A DNA stretch of 64,000 nt from an uncultured Pseudomonadota bacterium. GTDB taxonomy: Bacteria; Oederibacteriota; Muellerivitia; Muellerivitales; Muellerivitaceae. The DNA lies in assembly GCA_963843375.1 (NCBI GenBank), contig CAWJKT010000009.1, positions 256,001 to 320,000 on the forward strand, in the 5' to 3' direction. The notes under the pieces were generated by a model, which saw only the letters and a program-made list of their open reading frames with translations, made no database searches and had not been told where the DNA came from. The position numbers were made by a program, and so were the translations under genes. This document shows positions 16,164-27,190 of the stretch, piece by piece (position 1 is the stretch's first letter; each line of letters begins with the position of its first letter).

Positions 16164-17080
16164 TGAATATCCTTGTAACGGGTGGGGCGGGATTTATAGG
16201 AAGCCACGTGGTGGATGCTTATATTGAGGCGGGACAACGGGTAGTGGTGGTCGATGATCTGTCTACGGGAAAAAAAGAAAATCTAAACCCCAAGGCAAAA
16301 TTCTACCAAATGGACATCTTGGACGACAAACTCCAACATTTGATGCAGGATGAAGGTATAGAACTGGTCAACCATCACGCGGCCCAGATCAAGGTGAAAG
16401 CTTCTTTGGAAGATCCCTATTTCGACGTTAAGGTGAATGTCCTGGGTTCGGTACTGCTTTTGGACCTTTGCAGGCGTGCGGGAGTGAAAAAGTTTATCTA
16501 TGCCTCCTCGGGCGGTGCCCAATACGGTGAAATGGACAAGGTTCCATTTCCGGAAACGCACCTATCACGGCCTTTTTCGGTTTATGGTGCCAGTAAGTAT
16601 TCGGTGGAAATCTACGCAGATGTCTTCGCCCAGAATTTTGGTCTGGAATATGTCATCTTGCGCTATGCCAACGTCTACGGCCCCCGCCAGGATGCTTTGG
16701 GGGAAGGTGGCGTAGTAGCCATTTTTACCCACAGCATGCTCCATGGCGGGGAATTCGTGATCTTTGGCGACGGTTATAATGTGAGGGATTATGTGTATGT
16801 GGGGGATTTGGCTAGGGCCAACCTAATGGCCATCGACTATCCACACAATGATGTTTTTAATATTGGAACGGGTGTTGGAACCACAACGAACGAGTTATTT
16901 AAATTCTTAGCCAAGGCGACGGGCCATAAGCCGCCACCCAAAAGAACAGTGGCTAGGCTGGGTGATTTGAAAAAGAGTGTTTTAGATGTGTCTAAAGCCA
17001 AGAAGCTTTTAAAATGGGAACCCAGATTTGATCTTGCAGCTGGGTTAAAAGAAACGGTTGAATACTTCGAGAAGTTTTGA
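16163..17080 (+). CDS. NAD-dependent epimerase (UDP-glucose 4-epimerase-like)
   Basis: VTGGAGFIGSH, YGASK, RYANVYGPRQ. Confidence 0.9.
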   Translation: MNILVTGGAGFIGSHVVDAYIEAGQRVVVVDDLSTGKKENLNPKAKFYQMDILDDKLQHLMQDEGIELVNHHAAQIKVKASLEDPYFDVKVNVLGSVLLLDLCRRAGVKKFIYASSGGAQYGEMDKVPFPETHLSRPFSVYGASKYSVEIYADVFAQNFGLEYVILRYANVYGPRQDALGEGGVVAIFTHSMLHGGEFVIFGDGYNVRDYVYVGDLARANLMAIDYPHNDVFNIGTGVGTTTNELFKFLAKATGHKPPPKRTVARLGDLKKSVLDVSKAKKLLKWEPRFDLAAGLKETVEYFEKF

Positions 17081-17116
17081 ATTTTAAAAAATAAAATTAA
17101 GAATTGAAAATTAATC

Positions 17117-18157
17117 ATGAAAGCTATCATTCTCGTCGGCGGCCAGGGAACCCGCATGCGTCCATTGACCGATCATCTGCCCAAGAATATCGTGCCTCTT
17201 TGTGGTACTCCTTTCCTTACCTATCAGATTGAATATTTGAAAAAAGTCGGGATTAAAGAGATTGTCTTTTCGTTGGGCTATCGGCCCACGGATATTCGAA
17301 AAGTTTACGGAGATGGCAGGCGTCTAAAGGTGAAAATCCATTACGTTGTCGAAAAAGAACCTCTAGGGACGGCGGGCGCAATCAAGAACGCGGAAAAGTT
17401 GGTGGCGGGCCATCAAGTTGTGGTGCTGAACGGGGATATATTGACCGATATTCCGTTGAAAAAGATGATCGCCACTCATCGCAAAAACAATAATATTGCT
17501 ACCTTGGGATTGTTCCGTGTGGAAGACCCGACCGCTTATGGTTTGGTTTTATTGGATTCGAAAGGCCAAATCACCCGCTTTCTTGAAAAACCGACGGCGG
17601 AGGAAGCCGTGACGGACACCATAAACGCTGGTGTTTATGTGTTTGAACCGGCTGTTTTCCGATATATCCCTGAAGGACAAAATTATTCCGCAGAGAGGGG
17701 ATTGTTCCCGGGACTTTTAGCCGCGAAGGAACGTTTCGGAGGTTTCGTTTGGAAGGGTTATTGGCAAGACATAGGTACTCCCCGAAAATACCTGACTACC
17801 CAGTGGGATGTTTTAAATGGTTCTTTTAAGGTTATGGCCCCCTTTCAAACCAAGCGAAACAAAGTTTATTTAGGAAAGGGCGTAAAGATCGGGAAGGGTG
17901 TCCTTTTAAAAGGCCCCGCCTTGTTGGAAGAGGGTTGCGTGATAGGGGATGGGGCTGAAATTCTTCCTTACGCGGTTCTGGGGAAAAAATGTGTTATCGG
18001 CAAAAACAGCGTTGTTTCCAAAAGCGTACTTTGGGATAGGACACAAGTAGGAAATGGAATCCGTTTGGAGGAAGTGGTTTTGGGACGCCATTGCCGGGTA
18101 TCTGATCATTCCCGTTTGGGTCCTGGAAGCGTATTGGGCGATGAAGCGTATCTATAA
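17117..18157 (+). CDS. NDP-sugar synthase (mannose-1-phosphate guanylyltransferase-like)
   Basis: ILVGGQGTRMRPLT..PK; EPLGTAG; C-terminal hexapeptide repeats. Confidence 0.85.
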   Translation: MKAIILVGGQGTRMRPLTDHLPKNIVPLCGTPFLTYQIEYLKKVGIKEIVFSLGYRPTDIRKVYGDGRRLKVKIHYVVEKEPLGTAGAIKNAEKLVAGHQVVVLNGDILTDIPLKKMIATHRKNNNIATLGLFRVEDPTAYGLVLLDSKGQITRFLEKPTAEEAVTDTINAGVYVFEPAVFRYIPEGQNYSAERGLFPGLLAAKERFGGFVWKGYWQDIGTPRKYLTTQWDVLNGSFKVMAPFQTKRNKVYLGKGVKIGKGVLLKGPALLEEGCVIGDGAEILPYAVLGKKCVIGKNSVVSKSVLWDRTQVGNGIRLEEVVLGRHCRVSDHSRLGPGSVLGDEAYL

Positions 18158-18180
18158 TTTCAGATTCTGGACTTGAATCG

Positions 18181-18495
18181 ATGCCTCCAACAGGTTATCA
18201 AAAAGCTGCGGATTTGAAAAACCTTGAGGACGGCAAATCCATCGAGGTGGAATTAGGTCCCTTACCCCTTCTTCTGCATCGCCGGGGTGATCAAGTGTTT
18301 GCTACCGGGGTTTATTGCGCCCATCAGGATGTGCGCTTAAACCCAGCCAATTGCGCGGGTGATACCATCCTTTGCACGGCCCATGGATATCGTATGAATA
18401 TCCGAACAGGGGCCTGCCTTAATGAAGACGACCTCTTTCTACCCACTTATCCAACCTCTATCGAGAATAACGATGTCTGGGTGAAGTTGAGATAA
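18181..18495 (+). CDS. Rieske [2Fe-2S] ferredoxin
   Basis: CAH...CTAH ligands. Confidence 0.85.
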   Translation: MPPTGYQKAADLKNLEDGKSIEVELGPLPLLLHRRGDQVFATGVYCAHQDVRLNPANCAGDTILCTAHGYRMNIRTGACLNEDDLFLPTYPTSIENNDVWVKLR

Positions 18496-18499
18496 AAGG

Positions 18500-20186
18500 G
18501 TGATAGAATCTCGCCCACTTGTCCTTAGAAAGGAATTCCGTGTGCTATTCTTCAAACCCTTTGAAAGTTTTTTAAATATCCGTAAGTTATTTTTTGTTTT
18601 CTGTTTCATTTTGGCATCCACCGCCTTGGCGAAGCCAAAGGCTTTTGAATTATATCCGGCAACCAATGATGCCACACCTTCTGCTTATACAAAGGCGGCG
18701 CCTGAATATCCAACCAACGGTAAAAAATGGAAATTTTCCAAGGGCGCACTGGTCAACGTCAAGGTGGATGCTTCCCAGGTATCCAAAGCCATCACACCCT
18801 ATCAGTTGGGCGGGAACATCGATTGGTGGGACGGCAAGGATTGGGCTCTTGATAAAGATCGGATCGAAAAGGTAAAGCAGGCGGGCATCAAGTTTTGGCG
18901 CTTCCCGGGGGGGAGCAGTTCAGACAGCTACCATTGGGACGGAAATTACGGCAAACATCTGAAGGAAAGCAGCGGTGGTGACGCAACCCGCATGACCGGA
19001 CCAGGCATGATTTTGACGGATGACTTCATCGAATTCTGCCGCCAAACCGGTTCGGAAGCCATTGTGACGGTCAATTATGCTGCCGCCCGCTACGCCAGTC
19101 CCCAATACGCGGCGGATATGGCCGCCCGTTGGGTGAAATATTTCAACGTCGACAAGAAATTCAAGGTCCGTTATTGGGAAGTTGGGAACGAAGTTTATGG
19201 CCCATGGGAAGAGGGTAACAAGATGCAGGGTGTTTCCCAACTGACGGGGGAGGTTTATGGCAAGGATTTCAAGGTGATCGCCGCGGCAATGAAAAAAATT
19301 GATCCGGATATTTATATCGGCGCAGTCGCAGTGGACACGGATGATGGCGCCGATTGGACAGGATTTCACTGGTGGATGAAGGGCCTCCTGCCTCAGCTTC
19401 AGGGCAAGGCCGATTACTTAATCCTTCATCAGTATTTTATGTGGCCGTTCAACGGCGATGCCTATACCAACCCGAAGAACGAAGTTCTTTTTGGAGACCT
19501 TCAAAAGTTGGAAAGCGCGAAGGAGGCCGAGGAAAAAATGGTCTACAATTACGCTCCCGGGGAAATGGACATTCCAGTAGCCTTGACCGAGTTCAATTTG
19601 GTCAACGCCTCTCCCCCCCAAAGCATTCAACTCATTAATGGTCTTTTCACGGCGGAAGTTTTAGGTGAAGCTGCTAAGACGGGATATGTAGCCACCAACT
19701 ACTGGGACCTAAAAAACGGGCTGGATGGAAAACTTAAGGGCGATATGGCTCTTTTGGCGTCGGGCGATTCTTCGGTGCCGGACAGCGACTCCCCGGCCTT
19801 CTTATTATTCTTTCGCCCTTTGTTCCCGTGCTTTTGGCGACCATTTGGTCGCATCAGAAAGTTCCGATTCACAAGTCAAAGTCTATGCCAGTAAGTTCGC
19901 GGGCGGGGAAATCGGCTTGGTCATCGTCAATGAAGACTCCAAGGCCCGAACCCTCGCTTTGGACCTAAAGGGATTCAGCCCCCAAGGCAAACTGATGGGG
20001 TGGATTTTGACGGGCAAAGACCTTAATGGCAATCAAGTTTCCTGGAACGGTGTGAATGGTCCCCAAGGCGGCGGCGGGCCATTTCCCATCGATTCAATAC
20101 CGGCCTACCAATTGAAATTTAATCCCCAAAAACCGGTTCGATTAAATATTCCGTCCGCATCAGCCTCTGGCGTTATTCTTTATTGA
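18500..20186 (+). pseudogene. Secreted clan GH-A glycoside hydrolase (arabinofuranosidase-like), frameshift near 19790
   Basis: RFPGGSSSD, WEVGNE, LTEFN; two ORFs together align with the intact downstream paralog. Confidence 0.75.
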
Positions 20187-20250
20187 TTTCCGAGCTTTCT
20201 TCTGAAGGCCTTGGCGTTTCTGTTATTTTTTCCGTTCGAAAGGGATTGTA

Positions 20251-21870
20251 ATGTTATTGCCACTGATTATTTTGTTCCTGCTGTTGAGCCCATTGGTCCA
20301 GGCTGCCGGTCCCAAGCCTTTTGAGCTTTGGCCGGTCACCAATGATGCCGCCCCGACTACTTTTTCCAAAGTTGCGCCTTCTTTTCAGCCGATCGGAAAA
20401 CAATGGAAGTTTGCCTATGGCCCCAAGGGTTCCGAAATAGAAGTGAAAATCGACGCAACCCAAGTTCTTCACCCAATCACGCCCTATCAATTTGGAAACA
20501 ACCTGGCTTGGTGGGACGGCAAAGGCTGGCTATTGGATCCGGATCGCATTGAAAAAGCGAAAGAAGCCGGAATCCGGTTCTGGCGATGGCCGGGTGGAAG
20601 CTCTTCGGATGTATATCATTGGGACAACAAATATGACCGGCCCCCCCAGAAGGAAACAAACCCCGCGCACATGAACGAACCTTGGGCTGTTTCTACGGAC
20701 GATTTCATCGAGTTCTGTCGTCAGACGGGTTCGGAAGCCATTGTGACGGCCAATTACGCCTCGGCGCGCTACGCCGACGTGCAATATGCGGCGGACATGG
20801 CTGCCCGCTGGGTTAAATATTTCAATATCGATAAGAAATTCAAAGTCCGTTATTGGGAAATCGGAAATGAGCTTTACGGAAATTGGGAGCAGGGAAACAC
20901 AACGGATGGAAAACCCCAACTGACGGGGGATGCTTATGGAAAAGACTTTCAAGTCATCGCGGCGGCGATGAAAAAAGTCGATCCGGATATTTATATCGGG
21001 GCTGTAGCGTACGAGAAGGATGGAACAGGGGAGTGGGATGGACACCATTCTTGGACAAGGACCCTGATGCCTCAATTGCAGGGAAAGGCCGATTTTCTGA
21101 TTTTGCACCAATATTTCCTGTGGCCCTTTGATTCCTCGGGTCAAAACTTTACCAGCCCGACCAACGATGTCCTTTTGGGCAATCTGCATGGGCTGGATGA
21201 CGATAAGGCCTCTTTGGCCAAAATGGTTGAGGCCTCGGCTCCTTCGGAAAGCGGACTGCCTGTGGCTTTGACGGAGTTTAATTTGATGAACGCCAACGGC
21301 CCCCAGGATATCGAGCTGATAAATGGTATTTATGATGCGGAAGTATTGGGGGAGCATATCAAGGCGGGCTATGTAGCTTCCAATTATTGGGACTGGAAAA
21401 ACGGTTTGGACAAAAAACTTGGTGGTGACATGGCCATGTTGGCTTCGGACGATCCCTCGGAAGCTGATGGCACCCCGCATCCCTCCTATTACACTTACGC
21501 CCTTTATTCCCGGGCCTTCGGCGACAAGATGATCGCCGCGGACAGTTCCGATCCTAGCGTGAAGGTCTATGCCAGCCGATTTGCGGGCGGGGAAGTGGGA
21601 CTCGTCATTGTGAATGAGAATGAGAAAAACCAAACCCTGGTTTTTAACTTCAATGGATTTACACCCCAGGGAAAACTCATGGGTTGGGTCCTGACCGGTC
21701 AAGATTTGAATGAAAAACAGGTTTCATGGAACGGGGAAGCGGGGCCTTTGGGCGGGGGCGGACCCTTTCCCATCAACACGATTCCTCCTTATCGGGGCGC
21801 CTTCAAAACCGATAAGCCTCTTCAACTTCCAATTCAGGCCCGTTCAGTCACAGGAATTATTTTTTACTAA
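20251..21870 (+). CDS. Secreted clan GH-A glycoside hydrolase (arabinofuranosidase-like)
   Basis: Signal peptide; RWPGGSSSD, WEIGNE, LTEFN. Confidence 0.8.
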   Translation: MLLPLIILFLLLSPLVQAAGPKPFELWPVTNDAAPTTFSKVAPSFQPIGKQWKFAYGPKGSEIEVKIDATQVLHPITPYQFGNNLAWWDGKGWLLDPDRIEKAKEAGIRFWRWPGGSSSDVYHWDNKYDRPPQKETNPAHMNEPWAVSTDDFIEFCRQTGSEAIVTANYASARYADVQYAADMAARWVKYFNIDKKFKVRYWEIGNELYGNWEQGNTTDGKPQLTGDAYGKDFQVIAAAMKKVDPDIYIGAVAYEKDGTGEWDGHHSWTRTLMPQLQGKADFLILHQYFLWPFDSSGQNFTSPTNDVLLGNLHGLDDDKASLAKMVEASAPSESGLPVALTEFNLMNANGPQDIELINGIYDAEVLGEHIKAGYVASNYWDWKNGLDKKLGGDMAMLASDDPSEADGTPHPSYYTYALYSRAFGDKMIAADSSDPSVKVYASRFAGGEVGLVIVNENEKNQTLVFNFNGFTPQGKLMGWVLTGQDLNEKQVSWNGEAGPLGGGGPFPINTIPPYRGAFKTDKPLQLPIQARSVTGIIFY

Positions 21871-21885
21871 TTGAGGGAGGGTATT

Positions 21886-23277
21886 GTGGATTCAATTCGT
21901 TTTGGAACCGACGGTTGGCGCGCCAAGATGTCCGAAACCTTTACTTTTCCCAATATCCGCAGGGTGGCTTGCGGTTTGGGCATCACCCTTCGTAAGAAAA
22001 AAAAGGCTTCGAGCGTTTTCATTGGTTATGACACGCGGTTAAATTCGGAGCGTTTTGCCAAGGCGGTTGCGGGTGTTTTGGCTTCCATGGGACACCGGGT
22101 CACCCTGGCCTCCCGCCTTTTGCCGACTCCCGCCCTTTCTTTGGCCGTGAAAGAGAAGAAAGCCGATGCCGGGATCATGATTACGGCCAGCCACAATTCA
22201 GGGGCCTATAATGGTTTCAAGATCAAACTGCCGCCGGGAGTTTCGGCCCCCTCGGAGTTCACTAAACGAGTCGAAAAAAACATTCCTGCCCAAGCACCCG
22301 AAGAGGGCCGCCAAAAGAAAATTAAAAGATCCGATTGGCTTTCCCTTTATTTAAAAGCCCTGAAATCCAAGGTTGACCTTCCCGCCCTTCGTCGTTCGGG
22401 ACTCAAAGTAGTTGTGGATTCCATGCATGGAGTCGGGGAAAAACATTTCGAAAAGCTTGTTTCGGGAGAAAAGACCAAAGTTTTGACCCTTGCTGATCAG
22501 AGAGATGACGATTTTGGGGGACGCCAACCTGAACCAATCGGGCCGAATTTAACCCCTCTTTCCACAGCCATCCGGCAAAACAAGGCGGATATGGGATTCG
22601 CCACGGATGGCGACGGCGATCGGGTTGGAATGATGGATGAAAAAGGCGGGTTTGTGGATGTTCATAAGCTACACGCCATTCTCCTTTATCACCTTTGGGT
22701 CTGCCGGGGTCAGAGGGGAGCGGTGGTGAGGACAGTTTCCGGGACTCTCATGGTGGAAAAGATGGCAAAACGATGGAAGATCCCTCTTTACGAAACTCCT
22801 ATCGGTTTTAAAAATATCGGGGCGGTCATGTTGAAAAAAGACGTCCTTTTGGGCTTAGAGGAAAGCGGTGGCATCGCAGTCAAGGGTCATATTCCTGAGA
22901 GGGATGGGCTTCTTTCCGCGCTTTTGCTGATGGAAGCGCTGGTAACGATGAAAAAATCGGTTACCGAGGCGGTCGCCTTTTTACAAGAGGAATTTGGACC
23001 CTTTTATTACAACCGGGTTGACATGGAAAACATTTCGTTTGATCGCCAACAAAGAATCCTAACCCGTTTGAAAAAAAAGACTCCTGCCCATGTGGCAGGC
23101 CACAAAGTTACCGGACTTCTGACTCTGGATGGCGTGAAACTTAAATTTGAAAATGGCTGGCTTTTGTTCCGGCCCTCCGGCACCGAACCCCTTCTTCGCC
23201 TTTATGCCGAAGCCCCTTCTGAGGAAGAAGTTCAGTCGCTGCTTGAAGCGGCTAAAAAAGAGGCGCTTAAAAGCTAA
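21886..23277 (+). CDS. Phosphoglucomutase/phosphomannomutase
   Basis: FGTDGWR, ITASHN, DGDGDR, RPSGTEP. Confidence 0.92.
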   Translation: MDSIRFGTDGWRAKMSETFTFPNIRRVACGLGITLRKKKKASSVFIGYDTRLNSERFAKAVAGVLASMGHRVTLASRLLPTPALSLAVKEKKADAGIMITASHNSGAYNGFKIKLPPGVSAPSEFTKRVEKNIPAQAPEEGRQKKIKRSDWLSLYLKALKSKVDLPALRRSGLKVVVDSMHGVGEKHFEKLVSGEKTKVLTLADQRDDDFGGRQPEPIGPNLTPLSTAIRQNKADMGFATDGDGDRVGMMDEKGGFVDVHKLHAILLYHLWVCRGQRGAVVRTVSGTLMVEKMAKRWKIPLYETPIGFKNIGAVMLKKDVLLGLEESGGIAVKGHIPERDGLLSALLLMEALVTMKKSVTEAVAFLQEEFGPFYYNRVDMENISFDRQQRILTRLKKKTPAHVAGHKVTGLLTLDGVKLKFENGWLLFRPSGTEPLLRLYAEAPSEEEVQSLLEAAKKEALKS

Positions 23278-23418
23278 AGACGTTTCGCGATTGCCAAAGA
23301 CCCTTTAAACAGCCGTAAAGACCAAACTATCAAATGTTTTTGCCCGTTGACGGGTCATACCCCCTCCCGTAAAATCGATTCTCGCCTGTTATTGTTCCAG
23401 CCTTTTGAAGGAGCCGGA

Positions 23419-24693
23419 ATGTTTTTTTCCAAAGAGGTTTTCTTAAGCGCAGCCCTCTTTTCGTTTTTTACCTTAAACGCTCTTTGGGCGGATCAGGAAC
23501 AAAGCCAGTATTTTTTTGATAAGGGCAATATTTATAAGAACGAAAAAAGGATGGAAACGGCCATCCAGTATTATAAAGAATCCCTCGAACAGAATCCCTA
23601 TAACGCCCAAGCGCATAACAATCTCGGGGAGCTTTATGCCCGGAAAAACATGATCGATGACGCCATGGTGCAATTCGACAAGGCGCTCGAACTCCAACCC
23701 GGGTATGTGGAGGCCCTTTCAAACATGTCCTTCGCTTATCTTCAAAAGAAGGGGTTTGTCCAGGCCGTCCTTTACGCCAAAAAAGCCTTGAAGATTGATC
23801 CTGAATTTGGCTCGGCCCATTACAACTTGGGAATGGCCTATTACTTTATGGGTCAATATTCCGCGGCTCTTCTCGAATTGAAACTAGCGGTTCGGTCTTT
23901 CCCGGATAACGCTGAAATTTATGAGAGGTTGGGGGATGCCTACCGGGCACAAAGCCGTAATGAAGAAGCGGTCGCCTATTACCATCAGGCGATCCGGGTC
24001 GATCCCTTGGATGCCAGCTGCCGGTCCAAATTGGGGGATATTTACCTGGACGAGGACGAGGAGAAAAAAGCGGTTGAACAGTACAAAGCTTCAGAGGATT
24101 TGGAGCCTAACAACATTGAATCACGTTACAAGATGGCGGACTATTATGAAAGTATTCGGGATTGGGACAACGCCCGCAGGGAATATTTATTGATTCTCGC
24201 TACCGATGATTTACAGGCCCGTGCCCACAAACAAGTGGCTTTGATTTTTGAGAGAAATGAACAAGTTGGCTTGGCGCTTTACCACTGGGACAAGTACCTG
24301 GAAATCGTACCGAATGATCCCGAGGCTAAACAGCATATTAGCGATATCCGAAAGCCCATGTTGACGAAAAAACAAGCTGAGGAAATGGCGAAATTCGATA
24401 ACAAACTCGCCCAATCCCATATGCTTCCAACCCCGACGCAAGTTCCCCCTTCTCAAAGCGCAAAACCATCTGCTCCGGTAGTTCAAAGCCAGGACACCAC
24501 CTCCACGAATACAAGTGCCACCGTTCCGGACGCGTCTTCGGCCCAAAACCAACAGGCTGGTGCGTCCGCGTCCAATTCGCCGGCGCCCCCGCCCGCTGGA
24601 ACAGCGCCGACACCCACCCCTTCCGCTCAATTAGTGCCGGTGCAAATTGTGATGCCCACTCCCACTTCCGAGATGGGCGTTCTTCCAAAATGA
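23419..24693 (+). CDS. Secreted TPR-repeat protein with P/S/T-rich tail
   Basis: Multiple TPR motifs (AHNNLG, AHYNLG). Confidence 0.85.
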   Translation: MFFSKEVFLSAALFSFFTLNALWADQEQSQYFFDKGNIYKNEKRMETAIQYYKESLEQNPYNAQAHNNLGELYARKNMIDDAMVQFDKALELQPGYVEALSNMSFAYLQKKGFVQAVLYAKKALKIDPEFGSAHYNLGMAYYFMGQYSAALLELKLAVRSFPDNAEIYERLGDAYRAQSRNEEAVAYYHQAIRVDPLDASCRSKLGDIYLDEDEEKKAVEQYKASEDLEPNNIESRYKMADYYESIRDWDNARREYLLILATDDLQARAHKQVALIFERNEQVGLALYHWDKYLEIVPNDPEAKQHISDIRKPMLTKKQAEEMAKFDNKLAQSHMLPTPTQVPPSQSAKPSAPVVQSQDTTSTNTSATVPDASSAQNQQAGASASNSPAPPPAGTAPTPTPSAQLVPVQIVMPTPTSEMGVLPK

Positions 24694-24806
24694 CGATGGT
24701 TGGCGACACCCGACTATCCGTTTTCAACAAATAATCGAAATTCATGGCTTGAAAAATTGGTCCGGGATTATGAAGATTGCAGATAATAAATAAAATTGGA
24801 GAATCG

Positions 24807-25532
24807 ATGAAATTCGCCGTTTTGCTTCCGGTTTATAATGAGGCGCCCACCTTGGAAAGGGTTGTGAAAAAGTTAGATTCCTTTAAAGAGGCGGATATCG
24901 TCATTGTCGATGATGGTTCCACGGATGCGACTCCTTCCATTCTGGAACGCCTGGCGGTGAAGGCCATTATCCGGCACCCAGAAAACGTGGGTTATGGAAA
25001 GTCCCTGATGGATGGGTTCGATTTCGCCAAAACAAATGACTACCGCTATTGCGTAACCATGGATGCCGACGAACAACATGAGCCGGGCTTCATTCCCTGC
25101 TTACTTGAGCAGCTGGAAAAATTCGATATTGTTTCCGGGAGCCGTTACCTGAATCCGTTGCTTTCCTCGGATGCGCCGCCGCCCGAGCGTTTGGAAGTCA
25201 ACCGGGTGATCACCGAGAAACTGCGCAAGCTGACGGGTTATAACCTCACGGATAGTTTTTGCGGCTTCAAGGGTTATCGGGTTGATGGATTGAGGAAACT
25301 CCACTTGACCGAGACGAATTATGGATTTCCCATTCAATTTTGGCTCCAGGCGGCTAAAGCCGGATTGAGGGTGACCGAATGCGCTGTTCCCCTGATTTAC
25401 AAAGACCATAGCCGCAACTTTAACAATCAATTTGCCAATCGAGATGAACGTTTAAACCACTATTTACAGGTCATGGAAAGTGAAGCCGAAAAATTAGGCC
25501 TTTCTTCTTCTCTTTCCGCCGTAAAAAAATAG
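24807..25532 (+). CDS. Glycosyltransferase family 2
   Basis: LPVYNE, VDDGSTD, MDADEQH. Confidence 0.9.
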   Translation: MKFAVLLPVYNEAPTLERVVKKLDSFKEADIVIVDDGSTDATPSILERLAVKAIIRHPENVGYGKSLMDGFDFAKTNDYRYCVTMDADEQHEPGFIPCLLEQLEKFDIVSGSRYLNPLLSSDAPPPERLEVNRVITEKLRKLTGYNLTDSFCGFKGYRVDGLRKLHLTETNYGFPIQFWLQAAKAGLRVTECAVPLIYKDHSRNFNNQFANRDERLNHYLQVMESEAEKLGLSSSLSAVKK

Positions 25533-25579
25533 AATAAGTAAGCTTTCCATCAAATACCGCCTGTACTAAAGGGTCTCTC

Positions 25580-27169
25580 ATGACCGCACCAACCGATAGG
25601 ATCCCGAAAGGTCATGGAGAACTTTATTTTGACCCGCCCCTGGACCAGTGGAAGGAAGAAGCGCTTCGTAACCGGGAAAGATTGGTAAAGGAGTCGTTTT
25701 GGGGACAATCGCCTCTCAAGGTCCGGGCCGCCATGAAACTTCCCACCGACCATCCCTTGATCTTCTCGGGCCACCAGCCGGTTTTTTTCCATCCCGGTCT
25801 TTGGGTGAAATGTCTTGCCGCCAGCACCTTGGCCGAGGCCGTCCAGGGCACGGCCATCCACAAGGTAACGGATACGGCCCTGGTACCGGAACACCTTCAC
25901 TATATTCCGGAAGTGGAGGATAACGGCAAATCCCGGAAGAAAATTCTTGAGTTTTTCACCGGCAAGGACCTGAAACAACAGGAAAAAATAACCCCCTATT
26001 GTTTTCTTCCGGCTCCCGATCACACAGCTTTGGATAAGATTTTTTCGGACGCGCAGGTTTATTGTCCTTCCCCCGTCAAGGCCAACATCAAGGAATATGA
26101 GGAAAAAATATTAAAGGGCCTTCAAAAGAACGCCACCTGGAACACTTTCCATCTTTCGGCGTTGCGCATACTGGACCAGCTTTGCGGAACCCAGCGACTT
26201 TATTTGGAAGCGAGTAAAATCTGGACCTTTGAGCCTTTTTATTTTTTTGTGGCCCAATGGCTCAGAAATCTGCCCGAACTGAACGATTGTTACAACCAAT
26301 CCCTGGATGAATACCGGAAAAAATACGGCATCACCCATGATTTGGAACCTATGCCAAATCTTAAATTCGAGAATTGGTGGTTTGAGATACCCTTCTGGGG
26401 CGCTACGAAATACCATCAGCGTCATTCCCTCTGGGCCAAGAACGACGGAAAACATATCATCCTGAAGATCAAGGGCGGGGAGGGCACCTATTCTTTATCT
26501 CTTGACGATCCCCAAAAGGACTTGAGCACCCTGAATATCTCAATCTGGCCCAAAGCGATCCCGCAAACCCTTTTTTGCCGCATGTATCTTTGCGACTTTT
26601 TTATCCATGGGACCGGGGGGGCCGTATACGAGGAAGTAGGCGACATGATGTTTTCCAGGTATTTCAAACTGAAGCCGCTTTCTTTCGGCGTGGCGACCGG
26701 CACTTACCTGGTGGATCCGAAGGAAAGTCGCGGAGTGGATATGGTTCTTGCTTACGAGGAAAAAATACTGGCTTGGGAAAGGGCGCTGGAAAAAAATCCA
26801 GAATACTTATTTTCCAAACAAGAGGACTGGAAACGGGACTTGCCGGTTTTTATGCACCCGGCTTTTCAGGAATGCGCCAACAATCCCGCATTGCAGAAAC
26901 TGGCCCTTGAAAAAGACCGATTAATAGGATTGCTCAAAGACCCAGCCCACCGTGGTCAGGCTTCCGCTAAAATAAAGGATGTTAATTTTGCCCTGTATAA
27001 CAACTATACGGAAGTGCTAAAGGTCCTGGAAAAGGGTCTTTTGGATGTTGGCAAAGTCAGAGACACGAAAGAAGTTCTCGCTTTCCGGGAATATCCTTTT
27101 TTCTGTTATCCCCCAGAAATCTTTACTGACATGAAGGAAAAGGTAAGGCTCGCCGCCCATCCAGCGTAA
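25580..27169 (+). CDS. Hypothetical protein (possibly distant BshC-like)
   Basis: 529-aa ORF; SGHQPVFFHPG and FIHGTGGAVYE motifs. Confidence 0.55.
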   Translation: MTAPTDRIPKGHGELYFDPPLDQWKEEALRNRERLVKESFWGQSPLKVRAAMKLPTDHPLIFSGHQPVFFHPGLWVKCLAASTLAEAVQGTAIHKVTDTALVPEHLHYIPEVEDNGKSRKKILEFFTGKDLKQQEKITPYCFLPAPDHTALDKIFSDAQVYCPSPVKANIKEYEEKILKGLQKNATWNTFHLSALRILDQLCGTQRLYLEASKIWTFEPFYFFVAQWLRNLPELNDCYNQSLDEYRKKYGITHDLEPMPNLKFENWWFEIPFWGATKYHQRHSLWAKNDGKHIILKIKGGEGTYSLSLDDPQKDLSTLNISIWPKAIPQTLFCRMYLCDFFIHGTGGAVYEEVGDMMFSRYFKLKPLSFGVATGTYLVDPKESRGVDMVLAYEEKILAWERALEKNPEYLFSKQEDWKRDLPVFMHPAFQECANNPALQKLALEKDRLIGLLKDPAHRGQASAKIKDVNFALYNNYTEVLKVLEKGLLDVGKVRDTKEVLAFREYPFFCYPPEIFTDMKEKVRLAAHPA

Positions 27170-27190
27170 TCCCTCTTCAGGAAAGATCCC

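Noticed and set aside
20530..21702. Long antisense ORFs (also 53281-54384, 58323-59009, 62552-63211)
   Set aside because: They overlap well-supported genes on the other strand and show no recognisable motifs.
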